The notes beneath the pieces were generated by a model. That model saw nothing but the letters and a program-made list of their open reading frames with translations. It was not told the origin of the DNA and did not search any database. From an uncultured Chloroflexia bacterium (GTDB lineage Bacteria; Chloroflexota; Limnocylindria; Limnocylindrales; CSP1-4), in NCBI GenBank assembly GCA_963759495.1, contig CAVWZL010000013.1, positions 56,466 through 120,465 of the forward strand: 64,000 nucleotides of DNA, written 5' to 3'. Every line of letters begins with the position of its first letter. The first letter of the stretch is position 1. A program made the translations under genes and the position numbers. Positions 19,900-30,174 of the stretch are shown in pieces.

Positions 19900-20849
19900 C
19901 CGAGTCGACGGCAGGCTCGATCGGGGCCAGCGTCGACCTCGGCTCGAACTCGGTCCATCTCGTGGTCGCCGAGATCGTCGACCACGTCCTGCGACCGCTG
20001 CAGGACGAGTCCGTCTTCCTGGGTCTCGGGAACGCCGTCCACGAGGGGGCGCCGCTGGGAGCTACAGGCCGCTCCGGGCTCGTCGCCGCGCTCGTCCGCT
20101 ATGCCGGGAGCGCACGGGCCAAGGGCGCGCGCAACGTCACCTTCCTGGGCACGGAGCCGCTTCGGCGGGCGCCGGACGCGGCCCGGATCGTCGCCGAGGT
20201 CGAGGCCGCGACCGGCGCACCCCTCCATGTCCTGTCACACGAGGAGGAGGCCTGGCTCACGCTCATCGGCGTAACAGAGGGCCGCCCGGTCGACCGCGAG
20301 CTGCTGGTCGTCGACATCGGCGGCGGCAGCTCCGAGATGGCGTTCGTGGGTCCGGGCCGTCGGGCGGCAGCCTCGGGCCTCCGGCTTGGCTCGGCGCGAC
20401 TGACGACCCGTCACGTCCGGCACGACCCGCCCGTGGCCTCCGAGCTCGATGCCATGCAGGATGCGGCGCGGGCGATTCTCGAGACCGCCGCGCCGATCCA
20501 CCCGGAGGCGATCGTCGGGGTCGGCGGCACCGCGTCGAACCTGCTCAAGCTGCTGCCCGCCGCGCTGGAGGACATGACGCTGACGCGCGACCGGCTGGCC
20601 GCCATGCGCGAGGTTCTCGTGGGTGTGCCCGCGGCCGCGTTGACCGAGCGGTTCCTCGTCAACCCCGTTCGGGCGCGGCTGCTCGGTGCAGGCGTGGTGA
20701 TCGTCGACGCCATGCTCGAGCGCTACGGACTCGAGACGATGACCGTCTCGAGGGCGAGCCTCAGGGAGGGTGCGATCCTCGCCGTGGCCCACGTCGGGCC
20801 GTGCTGGCGCGACCGGCTTCCCGAGATCGCGCACGGCTGGCGCGAGTAG
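19896..20849 (+). CDS. ppx: Ppx/GppA-family exopolyphosphatase (short form)
   Basis: VDLGSNSVHL, LSHEEEA, DIGGGSSE, GVGGT, SLREG. Confidence 0.88.
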   Translation: MTESTAGSIGASVDLGSNSVHLVVAEIVDHVLRPLQDESVFLGLGNAVHEGAPLGATGRSGLVAALVRYAGSARAKGARNVTFLGTEPLRRAPDAARIVAEVEAATGAPLHVLSHEEEAWLTLIGVTEGRPVDRELLVVDIGGGSSEMAFVGPGRRAAASGLRLGSARLTTRHVRHDPPVASELDAMQDAARAILETAAPIHPEAIVGVGGTASNLLKLLPAALEDMTLTRDRLAAMREVLVGVPAAALTERFLVNPVRARLLGAGVVIVDAMLERYGLETMTVSRASLREGAILAVAHVGPCWRDRLPEIAHGWRE

Positions 20850-20873
20850 GGGAGCGACCTCCGGGGATCTGCC

Positions 20874-22587
20874 CTAGAGACCGGCGACGACCCGACCCAG
20901 GGCGCGCCGGAAGCCCGCGCCGGCGACGCCGCGCCAGGGTGTCCCCACGGTTCGCCGCAGCCGCGCGACCTCGCGCTCCTGCCCGATGAGGTACCGCCCG
21001 ATCGCCGCGCTCTCCAGCGAGCTCAGCTCGCCTGCGTGCTCCACGAGGAAGGTTCGAGCAAGACGGGCAGACACATCCGCGTCGTTCATCAGGCCGAGGT
21101 GGTCCTGCATCGCGGTGACCCGCGCGATCAGCGGCTCCACCTCGTCGCCCAGCGCCTCGCGCACGAACTCGAGCGTGTAGCGCAGCCATTTCCCGGCGAT
21201 CCGGAGCTCGTGGAGGGTCTCGACGTCGGCCCAGCGCAGCACCGGCTCGTAGCCGCGCACGTGCTCGTAGGCGGACCAGGTTCGTGATGCCGTGGTGTCC
21301 CGGATCCGGTGCGGCACGACCGGCGCAACGGGCACGACGCCCGCGCCCTCGGTGCGCACGAAGTCGCGGTAGTCGTCGACCCAGCGACGGTAGCCGTCGG
21401 AATCGAGCTCGCGGATCAGCAGGACCCGCGCGTCGTCGCGATGGTGCCGCCAGCTCGCGAGGAGCGGTTCGAGGCCGCGCTGCTCCGCCACCGGCAGGTC
21501 GGCCCGGTACGGGTCGGCGGCCTCGAGGAGGACGTCAAGGTCGCGCACGCCGCCGAGCCGCGCGGCCACCTCGCGGAGGCCCGTCCGGTAGCGCTTCGTC
21601 CGCTTCGGCCGAAAGGAGGCGCCGAAGACGCGCCACGCCGCGCGCTGCCGCCGTGTCGCGACGCGCATCGCGTGGAGGTCGCGCGGATCGACGCCCGTCG
21701 CGTGCCCGCCTCGCGGGCCAGCATCCGGGCAAGGTGGAAGCGGAGGACCTTGCGGCCCGCCTCGGCGACGTGGTCGTCGGCGGCAACGCCGGGTGCCTTG
21801 CCGACGGAGCGGCAGCCCGCGTGTCGACCGGCGCATCCTCCGGCATCGCGGGACGCTCGTCCGCATCGTCGTCGGGGTCGGCTCGATGCGCGGTCCTGGG
21901 CCCCCGACACCGGGCGGCTCCCGTTGCCGTCTGCGGTCGGCCTGTCGCAAGTGCGGCCTGCGCCGCTTCGAACTTGGACGTCCCGGAGGGCTCGAGCGCC
22001 GTCCTCCGCGAAGACCGCCTGCCAGCCCGTCGAGCGCGCCCGTCGTCGCCCTCCATCACCTCGGCCTCGAGCTCGACGAAGCGGTCGACGACGCGATCGC
22101 CGGCCACGACGTCGACCTCGTCGAGGCTCAGCTCGACGCGCGTGTCCGCCGCCCGGAAGCTCTCGCTTGCGGCGGAGCTGGCGGATCGTGACGACCTCGA
22201 CGAGCGGGCGTCGCCGGCAAGCTCGAGCACGAGCGATCGGGCGTCGGATGCCGGCCAGTCCGCGGGCGCCGCGTCCGGTCGGCCGGTCCCTCGAGCTCCT
22301 CCGCGGCTGACGGAGCCGCCGGCCGTCGGTCGCGGCGAGCGACTTGACCGACACGATCGTCGTCGTCGCCGGATCGCGCGGAGGCGGACGGCGAACCCGG
22401 CCCGCGCGAACGGCCCGTCGGCCGTGTCGACATAGCGGTCCTCGAGCTGCGGTCGAGCGCGGCCGCGATCGGCGCCGTGAACGGCCCGATCGCCGTCGGC
22501 GGTGAGGTAGCGCTCGGCCGCGGCCGGGTCGAGGACGCGGTACTTCAGCTCGACCTCGACCGGGCGGGCCGCCGCCGGATCGGTCAT
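20874..22587 (-). CDS. CYTH + CHAD domain protein (polyP-associated); several frameshifts
   Basis: VEVELKY, DRYVDT, VELSLDEV, FVELEAE (CYTH); LHAMRVATRRQR, LHELRIAGKWLRY, QDHLG.MND (CHAD). Confidence 0.88.
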
Positions 22588-24778
22588 GCGCGCGGATCCA
22601 GCGAGCCTGCGCCGGCGCCTGCGGTCGTCGCGGGCCGGCGCGCCTGCTGCGCGATCTGAGCGCCTGCTCCTTGAGCGACCTCGAAGGTGTCGATCGTGCC
22701 GGGCCGGCCCGTCGATGTCCTCGGTCCGGACGCCACGACGCCGTCGGGCAGGAGCTGCCAGGAGCGCCGGTCGTCCGCGAGCATGAGGTCGATGATCTCG
22801 GCGAGCCGTGCCGCGCCTCGGGGTCCTCGACCGGGACGACGGCCTCGACCCGCCGGTCGAGGTTGCGGTCCATCAGGTCGGCCGAGCCGATGTACCACTC
22901 GCGCGTCGCCGCCGTTCTCGAAGCCCCAGATCCGCGAGTGCTCGAGGAACTCGCCGACGATCGAGCGGACCCGGATGTTGTCCGAGACGCCCGGGATGCC
23001 GGGCTGGAGCGAGCAGCGCGCCGCGGATGATGAGGTCGATGTCGGACGCCGGCCTGCGAGGCGCGGTAGAGCGCCTCGATCGACGGCCACGTCGACGAGC
23101 GCGTTGAGCTTCAGGACGATCCGCGCGTCGCGACCGGCCCGGGCATGCGCCATCTCGCGCTCGACGAGCTGGAGGAAGCCGCGAGCGCAGGCTGTGCGGC
23201 GCGACGAGCAGGCGCCGGAACGTCCGCTGGCGCGACAGGCCGGTCAGCACGTTGAACAGGTCCGTCACGTCGGCGCCGATCTCCGGCCGGGCCGTGAGCA
23301 GCCCGAGGTCGACGTACAGGCGCGCCGTCCGGGGTTGTAGTTGCCGGTCCCGATGTGCACGTAGCGGCGCAGCCCCGAGCCCTCGCGGCGGACGACGAGC
23401 GCGGTCTTGCAGTGCGTCTTGAGCCCGACCAGCCCGTAGACGACGTGGGCGCCGGCCTGCTCGAGCTTGCGGGCCCAGACGATGTTCGCCTCCTCGTCGA
23501 AGCGGGCCTTGATCTCGACCAGGACGACGACCTGCTTGCCGCGCTCCGCGGCGCGGATGAGCGCCTGCACGATCGGCGAGTCGCCCGAGGTGCGGTAGAG
23601 CGTCTGCTTGATCGTCAGGACGTCGGGGTCGTCGGCCGCCTGCGCGATGAACCGCTCGACCGACGCGGCGAACGACTCGTACGGGTGGTGGACGAGGATG
23701 TCGCCGGCCCGGATCGCGGCGAAGACGTCGGCCGGCTCGTCCTCGTCGGGCGGCATCAGCCGCGGCGGCGTGACCGGCGTCCATGGCTGGACCTTGAGGT
23801 CCGGGCGGTCGAGGTCGGCGAGCTGTCCGAGGCCCGTCAGGTCGAGCATGCCGCTGATCTCGTAGCGTCGTCCGCTCGCGCAGGCCGAGACCGCGCTGCA
23901 GCAGGATCTGGCGCGTCGCCGGCCGGCATGGAGCGCTCGACCTCGAGCCGGACGGCCTCGCCGAACCGGCGACGCCGAAGCTCCTCCTCGATCGCCATGA
24001 GCAGGTCGTCGGCCTCGTCCTCCTCGATCGCGAGGTCGGCGTTGCGGGTGACGCGGAACAGGTGGTGCTCGAGGATCTCCATCCCCGAGAACAGCGCATC
24101 GAGGTTGGCCTCGATGACCTGGTCGATCGGGACGAAGCGGGCCGGCTCGACCTCGAGCAGGCGGGGCAGGATCTGGGGCACCTTCACCCGCGCGAACCCG
24201 CGCTCGCCGGTCTCCGGGTCGCGCAGGCCGACCGCGATCGACAGGCTCAGCGTCGAGATGTACGGGAACGGGTGACCGGGATCCACCGCGAGCGGCGTGA
24301 GGACCGGGAAGATCTCGTCGAGGAACCGCTGGCGGAGCGTCTCGTGGTGCTCGGGGATCGCCGCGGTAGTCGACGATCTCGATGCCCTCGGCGGCGAGCG
24401 CCGGCCGCGCACGTCGACGCAGATCGCGCGAATGGTCCGCGGAGAGCTCCAGCACCCGCGTCGCGGATTGCGGCGAGCTGCTCTTCGGCGGTCCGCCCGT
24501 CGGGCGCACGTGCCGCCCGGCCGGCCTGGACCTGCTGGCGCAAGACCGGCGACCCGGACCTGGAAGAACTCGTCGAGGTTGCTCGCGAAGATCGTCAGGA
24601 ACTTGACCCGCTCGAGGAGCGGGTTGCGGGCGTCACGCGCCTCGTGCAGGACACGCGCGTTGAACTCGAGCCAGGACAGCTCGCGGTTGATGTAGGGGAG
24701 CGGCGCGGCGACCGGGGCGGGCCGTCGTGCCCGCGCGGCCGGGGCCGGGGTGCGCGCGCCGGGCTGGATGGCAGCCAC
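22584..24778 (-). CDS. ppk1: Polyphosphate kinase 1; many frameshifts
   Basis: [70 protein letters not shown] across frames. Confidence 0.95.
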
Positions 24779-24813
24779 GGGTCAGGCGTCCGCGCGGGAG
24801 CGGCGCTGCGCGG

Positions 24814-25218
24814 TCACGCGTGCTCTCCGTGACGGCTCATGACGGACGGCGCGGGCGGCTCGGACGCCCGAGCAGCGGTGCATGCGGGACACGGGCAGCG
24901 GCTTCGCAGCAGGGCAAACGTGTAGTACCCGGTGCGGTGGCCGTCGGCCCAGCTCGGGCACAGGGCATAGTTGCCGACGAGCTGGACGGTGACGAGCCGC
25001 GTCTGGTCGGGCGTGAGCGAGGGCGCCGAGTCGAGCCAGCCGGGCATGCCGGCCTCGCCGCGACAGTACGCACAGGGGCAGAGCCAGCGGAGCGCGACCG
25101 CGTCGAAGGTCGACTGGTGGCCGTCGGCCCAGTCGAGCGTCAGCGTGCCGGCACCACGGTCGGCGTAAATCCCGGTCGGGACCGTGCTCGGGCTGCCGGC
25201 GGCACTCGACATCGTCAT
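24814..25218 (-). CDS. DUF971 / GBBH-N-like metal-binding protein
   Basis: WADGH, LRWLCPCAYC, VGNYA, WADGH.TGYY, CPCPAC. Confidence 0.85.
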   Translation of the reverse strand: MTMSSAAGSPSTVPTGIYADRGAGTLTLDWADGHQSTFDAVALRWLCPCAYCRGEAGMPGWLDSAPSLTPDQTRLVTVQLVGNYALCPSWADGHRTGYYTFALLRSRCPCPACTAARASEPPAPSVMSRHGEHA

Positions 25219-25291
25219 GGGCCCATTGTCGCACGCTGACTGCCCCGGTCCGTCCGGACGGCTCCGCGAGGCATCCGCGATGATGGCCGCC

Positions 25292-27856
25292 ATGCCAGCC
25301 GGCGCGAAGCCCAGCTCCCTCCTCGTGCGCGACGCGCATGTCCTCGCGGCCGACCTCGTGGCGGAGCACCTTGCGGTGGACCCCGCGACGGGTCTCTCCC
25401 CAGTGGAGGCGACAGCGCGCGCGGCCGCCGCGGGACCGAACGCGCTCGCGCCGCGCCGGCGCGAGGGGATCGGCCGGATGGTCCTCGAGGCGGCCACGGA
25501 GCCGTTCGTCCTGCTGCTCCTCGCCGCGGGGATCGGCGCAATGCTGCTCGGCGAGACGCGCGACGGGCTCCTCGTCCTGCTCGGCCTGGTCCCAATTGTC
25601 GGGGCGGACGTCGTGACCGAGTTTCGGGGCGAACGGGCGCTCGAGGCGCTCCGCGACGCAAGCGCTCCGATGGCCCGCGTTCGCCGTGGCGGAACGGTCA
25701 GCCAGGTCGTGGCCGCGAGCCTCGTGCCCGGCGACCTGGTGCTCCTGTCAGGTGGAGACATCGTGCCCGCCGACCTGCGACTCATCCGGGTCGATCGGCT
25801 CCAGCTCGACCGCAGCGTCCTGACCGGCAAATCCCTGCCCGAGCCCGGGCGAGTGGAGCCCGACTCGTGGGACAGCGCCCTCGCCGATCGGCGCTCGATC
25901 GCCTTCAGCGGCACGAGCGTCGTTGCCGGCCGCGGGGACGGGATCGTCGTCGCGACCGGCAAGGCCACCGAGCTCGGCCGGATCGCGGGTGGCCTCGGCG
26001 ATCGAGGCCGCCGCCGCTCGCCGCTCCAGCTCGAGCTCGACCGGCTCGTGCGTATCCTGCTCGTCGTTGCCGTCGCGCTCATCGCGGTCGTCACGACGCT
26101 CGGCTTCGTGCGCGGTCGGGACGCAGGCGAGAACCTTTTGGCCGGCATCTCGGCGGCGATCGCCGCCATCCCCGAGGAGCCGCCGATCCTGCTCGCGGTC
26201 GTCCTCGGGCTGGGCGCGTTCCGGCTCCTCAAGCGAGGCGTCCTCGTCCGCCGCCTCAACGCGCAGGAATCGCTCGGGGCGATCGACCTGATCGTCACCG
26301 ACAAGACCGGCACGCTGACGAAGAACCGCCTGGACGTCGCATCCATTCGAACACCCGCGGGACCGGTCCAGGATCCCGCCGCTCGTCGCGCGATCCTCGA
26401 CGATGCGTTGCGCGCCGAGGAGGATGCCTGGGCGGCAACGGCCGGCGCGCCACCCGGCTCGTTCAGCCGCGCGATCGGCCGTGCGCTCGAGTCGGTGGGT
26501 GGCTCGACGGCCCTTGACCCGGCGGACCTCCTCCAGGCGGAGCCCGTGACCGATTCGCGGTCGTACGCCATGACGCGGTCACAGCGCGATGGGCTCGTGG
26601 AGACCCTGGCCATCGGGGCGCCCGAGGCCGTGCTGGACCTCGTGGGCGCCAACCGAAGCACGCGCACGGCGTGGGAGGTGCTCGTCGAAGGGGCGGCCGC
26701 GACCGGGGAGCGGACCGTTGCCCTGGCCGGCCGCCGCGACGACGAGCCGTGGACGCTGCGGGCGCTGATCGGGTTCGCCGATCCGCTCCGCGACGGCATT
26801 CGCGAGGCCCTCGGGACGGCGCGCGCCGCCGGGATCCAGACGATCGTGGTCACCGGCGACCACCCCTTGACCGCGTCGGCGATCGCGGCCCAGGCCGGGC
26901 TCGACCGCGACCACATCGTGTTGGGCCGCACGCTCGGGGGCTGGGACGACGCTCGACTTGCCGAGGAGCTCGGCCGCATGCAGGTCGTCGCCCGATCCAC
27001 CCCGGAGGACAAGGACCGGCTCGTCCGGATCGCGCGGCTCTCGGGTCGGACCGTGGCGGTCACCGGGGACGGCGTGAATGACGCCCCCGCACTCAACCGG
27101 GCGGACGTGGCCGTGGCGATGGGCTCGGGCACGGCCGTCGCGCGCGAGGCCGCCGACCTGGTCCTCGGTGACGACTCCTTCGCAACGCTCATGTTCGGGC
27201 TGCGCGAGGGCCGGCGGATCGTCGACAACGTCCAGAAGGGGCTCGTCTTCCTCGTCTCGACCCACGTCGCGCTGCTCGGCTTCATCCTCATCGCGACGCT
27301 GTACGGCTTCGGACAGCCGCTCCTGCCGATCCAGATCCTGTGGCTCGAGCTGTTCATCGACGTGTCCACGTCGGTCGCGTTCGAGCGCGAGCCGGCCGAG
27401 CCCGACCTGATGCGCCGGCCGCCACGGGTGCGCGGTGCAGCGCTCCTCTCGAACGAGCTGCTCGCGCGGATCGGCGTGGCGGGCGGGTTCAGCGCGGTCG
27501 CCGCGCTTGCGATCATGGTCAATGACGGTGGTGATCCGGACCACGCACGCTGGCTGGCGTTCACGGCGCTCGTCGCCGGACAGGTCGTGCGTGCCTACGC
27601 AAACCGGAGCCTCCACGTGCCGATCCACCGCCTCGACCGGAACACCTTCCTGCTCGCGGCCTGCGTGCTCGTCCTCGTGATCCAGGTGCTGATCCCGCAC
27701 ATCCCGCCACTCGCGGACGCGTTCCGCGCCACGCCGCTCGACGTCGGGGAGTGGCTGCTGGTCGCGGTCGTCGCGCTCGCGCCGGCCGTGCTGGCCGAGG
27801 TCGTCCGCACCGCCCGCATCGCGCGTCTGGGTCGCGTAGGCCGGACGATCGGGTAG
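25292..27856 (+). CDS. Cation-transporting P-type ATPase (type II-like)
   Basis: DKTGTLT, TGDH, TGDGVNDAPAL, IQILW; A-domain motif reads TGKS. Confidence 0.9.
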   Translation: MPAGAKPSSLLVRDAHVLAADLVAEHLAVDPATGLSPVEATARAAAAGPNALAPRRREGIGRMVLEAATEPFVLLLLAAGIGAMLLGETRDGLLVLLGLVPIVGADVVTEFRGERALEALRDASAPMARVRRGGTVSQVVAASLVPGDLVLLSGGDIVPADLRLIRVDRLQLDRSVLTGKSLPEPGRVEPDSWDSALADRRSIAFSGTSVVAGRGDGIVVATGKATELGRIAGGLGDRGRRRSPLQLELDRLVRILLVVAVALIAVVTTLGFVRGRDAGENLLAGISAAIAAIPEEPPILLAVVLGLGAFRLLKRGVLVRRLNAQESLGAIDLIVTDKTGTLTKNRLDVASIRTPAGPVQDPAARRAILDDALRAEEDAWAATAGAPPGSFSRAIGRALESVGGSTALDPADLLQAEPVTDSRSYAMTRSQRDGLVETLAIGAPEAVLDLVGANRSTRTAWEVLVEGAAATGERTVALAGRRDDEPWTLRALIGFADPLRDGIREALGTARAAGIQTIVVTGDHPLTASAIAAQAGLDRDHIVLGRTLGGWDDARLAEELGRMQVVARSTPEDKDRLVRIARLSGRTVAVTGDGVNDAPALNRADVAVAMGSGTAVAREAADLVLGDDSFATLMFGLREGRRIVDNVQKGLVFLVSTHVALLGFILIATLYGFGQPLLPIQILWLELFIDVSTSVAFEREPAEPDLMRRPPRVRGAALLSNELLARIGVAGGFSAVAALAIMVNDGGDPDHARWLAFTALVAGQVVRAYANRSLHVPIHRLDRNTFLLAACVLVLVIQVLIPHIPPLADAFRATPLDVGEWLLVAVVALAPAVLAEVVRTARIARLGRVGRTIG

Positions 27857-27892
27857 GTCGGTTCGCGTCGGACCGCCGGTATGCTGCCCTGA

Positions 27893-28825
27893 GTGAGTCT
27901 CGAGATCGACCACGTCACCAAGCGGTTCGGCCGCGTGACGGCGCTCAACGGCATGCATTTCAGCGTGCCGCGCGGCGCCGTCTTCGGCTTCCTCGGGGCC
28001 AACGGCGCGGGCAAGACGACGACGATGCGGATCTGCCTCGGGATCCTCGAGGCGGACGAGGGCGAGGTCCCTGGAACGGCATCCCGAGCGGTGACTTGCC
28101 GCGCGCGACGTGGGGCTATCTCCCCGAGGAGCGCGGTCTCTACGCGCGGCTGCCGATCCTCGAGCAGCTCGTCTATTTCGCCACGCTCTACGGCGATCCC
28201 GTCGATCGCGCCCGACGGGACGCGCTCCACTGGCTGACGCGCTTCCGCATCCCCGAGTACGCGACACGCCGCGCCGAGGAGCTGTCGAAGGGCAACCAGC
28301 AGAAGGTCCAGTTCATCGCCGCGATCCTGCACGAGCCGGACGTGCTGCTCATGGACGAGCCGTTCACCGGGCTCGATCCGGTCAACCTCGCGCTGCTCAG
28401 CGAGGCGTTCCTCGAGCTGCGCGATGCCGGGCGCACCGTCGTCTTCTCGACGCACCAGATGGAGCTCGCGGAGGCCATGTGCGAGTCGGTGGCGATCATG
28501 GATCGCGGGCGGGTGATCGCCGGCGGGACGATCCGCGAGCTGAAACGGGCCTGCCGGCCGGCGGCTGGTGCGGATCGGCGTCGGTGGGACGGATGGCCTC
28601 GGCTGGCTCGACGGCCTCACCGGCGTCGAGGTCACGCAACGCGGCGTCGATCGGACCGAGGTGGAGCTGACGAATGGGCTCGAGCCGGACGCGATCCTCG
28701 CCGCCGCCGTGTCCCGCGGCGTCACGGTGACCCATTTCGAGCTTGCCGAGCCCTCGCTCGAGGCGCTCTTCATCGAGCACGTGGGTCGTCCGGCCGATGA
28801 CGGCGAACGGACGCTGGCCGGCTGA
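27893..28825 (+). CDS. ABC transporter ATP-binding protein (NatA/YhaQ-like); frameshifts near 28070 and 28555
   Basis: GANGAGKTT, GYLPEERGLY, LSKGNQQK, DEPFTGLDP, EPSLE. Confidence 0.88.
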
Positions 28826-30153
28826 TGGCCCGTCGCGACCCGCTCCTCCCCAACGCCCTGATCGTGGCCCGCCGCGAGTACCGCGACCGGGTCAGGAGCA
28901 AGCTGTATCTCGCCTCGACCGTGATCCTGGCCGCCCTGGCGCTCGGCGTGACGCTGACCCCGATCGCGCTGCGCTACCTCGATCGCCAGACGGTCACCAC
29001 GATGGTCGTGGTCTCGAGCGATGCCGACCTCGCGGGTCGCACCGTCCAGGTGGCCGACTCACTGCTCAATGCCGTCCCGCAAGGGGCGGATCCGAACACG
29101 TGGAAGAAGCCATTCCGCTTCCGCACCGTCTCCGACCGGGCGTCGGCCGAACAGGATCTCGCCCGGGGCGAGGTCGGTGGCGTCCTCCTCGTCGAGCGGC
29201 GTGAGAGCGGCCAGATCCACCTCGTGTTCCGCACGCCGGGCATCGCCGATGCCGTGCGAGCGCAGCTGCTCGGGTTTGCCGGGATCGGCGTCGCCGTGCT
29301 CGACTGGACGGCGAACCTGCCCGACGACGCCCAGCTCGAGGCTTTCCAGCCACCCGCCTTCGAGCTGGAATCGACCACGGCGGCCGTCTCGGACGGCCGG
29401 CCCGTGAGTCAGACCGAGATCGCGAGCCGCAGCTTCCTCGGGACCGTGTTCATCGTGCTGATGTTCATCTCGATCCTCATCTACGGCATGTGGGTCGCAA
29501 CCGGCGTCGCGGCCGAGAAGAGCAGCAGGGTCATGGAGCTCATGATCAGCGCGGCCTCCCCACGGCAGCTGATCATCGGCAAGGTGCTGGGCATCGGTGG
29601 CGCGGGCCTGACCCAGTACGTCGCCATCGCGATCCCGGCGCTCGTCGTCCTGACCTTGCAGGACCGAATTGCGCTCGCCGTCCTCGGGCCCGGCGGCGCG
29701 GCAGGCGCACCTATTGCGGGTCTCACGCTTGGCCTGCTGGCCAGCTACGGCACGCTGTTCCTGCTCGGGTTCACGCTGTACGCGTTCGTGTATGCCGCGG
29801 TCGGATCCTTCGTGAGCCGTCCCGACGATCTCCAGACGCTGTCGCTGCCGCTCAGCCTGCTCGCAATGGGCGGCTATCTCGCGTCTCTCCCGATCCTGCT
29901 GAGCGGCGGGGCCGGTGGCGGTCTCTCGACCCTCGCCTCGTTCGTGCCGCCCTTCAGCCCGTTTGCGATGCTCGCGCGGCTCATGGTCGGCCGCGTCCAG
30001 CCGTGGGAGCTGGTCGTGTCCCTTGCGCTGCTGGTCCTCGCGATCGTGGTCGTGATGGTGGCCGCGATCCGGATCTACTCCGCGGGGGTGCTGCTGTACG
30101 GGCAGCGACCGGGGCTCCGTTCGTTCATCGCCGCGGCACGCCGCGCGCGCTGA
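28825..30153 (+). CDS. ABC-2 type permease (NatB/YhaP-like)
   Basis: ARREY..RVRSK, VAAEKSSRVME, GKVLG, multiple TM helices. Confidence 0.88.
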   Translation: MARRDPLLPNALIVARREYRDRVRSKLYLASTVILAALALGVTLTPIALRYLDRQTVTTMVVVSSDADLAGRTVQVADSLLNAVPQGADPNTWKKPFRFRTVSDRASAEQDLARGEVGGVLLVERRESGQIHLVFRTPGIADAVRAQLLGFAGIGVAVLDWTANLPDDAQLEAFQPPAFELESTTAAVSDGRPVSQTEIASRSFLGTVFIVLMFISILIYGMWVATGVAAEKSSRVMELMISAASPRQLIIGKVLGIGGAGLTQYVAIAIPALVVLTLQDRIALAVLGPGGAAGAPIAGLTLGLLASYGTLFLLGFTLYAFVYAAVGSFVSRPDDLQTLSLPLSLLAMGGYLASLPILLSGGAGGGLSTLASFVPPFSPFAMLARLMVGRVQPWELVVSLALLVLAIVVVMVAAIRIYSAGVLLYGQRPGLRSFIAAARRAR

Positions 30154-30174
30154 GGGCCGCGACCCTCGCCCCGC

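Noticed and set aside
21700-24560. Dense frameshifts in ppk1 and CYTH-CHAD suggesting pseudogenisation or programmed frameshifting
   Set aside because: Single-base indels also hit the response regulator, pstS, deoC, argC, argG and ABC genes, while catalytic motifs are intact, and I saw no nonsense codons or slippery sites. This is most consistent with low-coverage long-read assembly error; read polishing would settle it.
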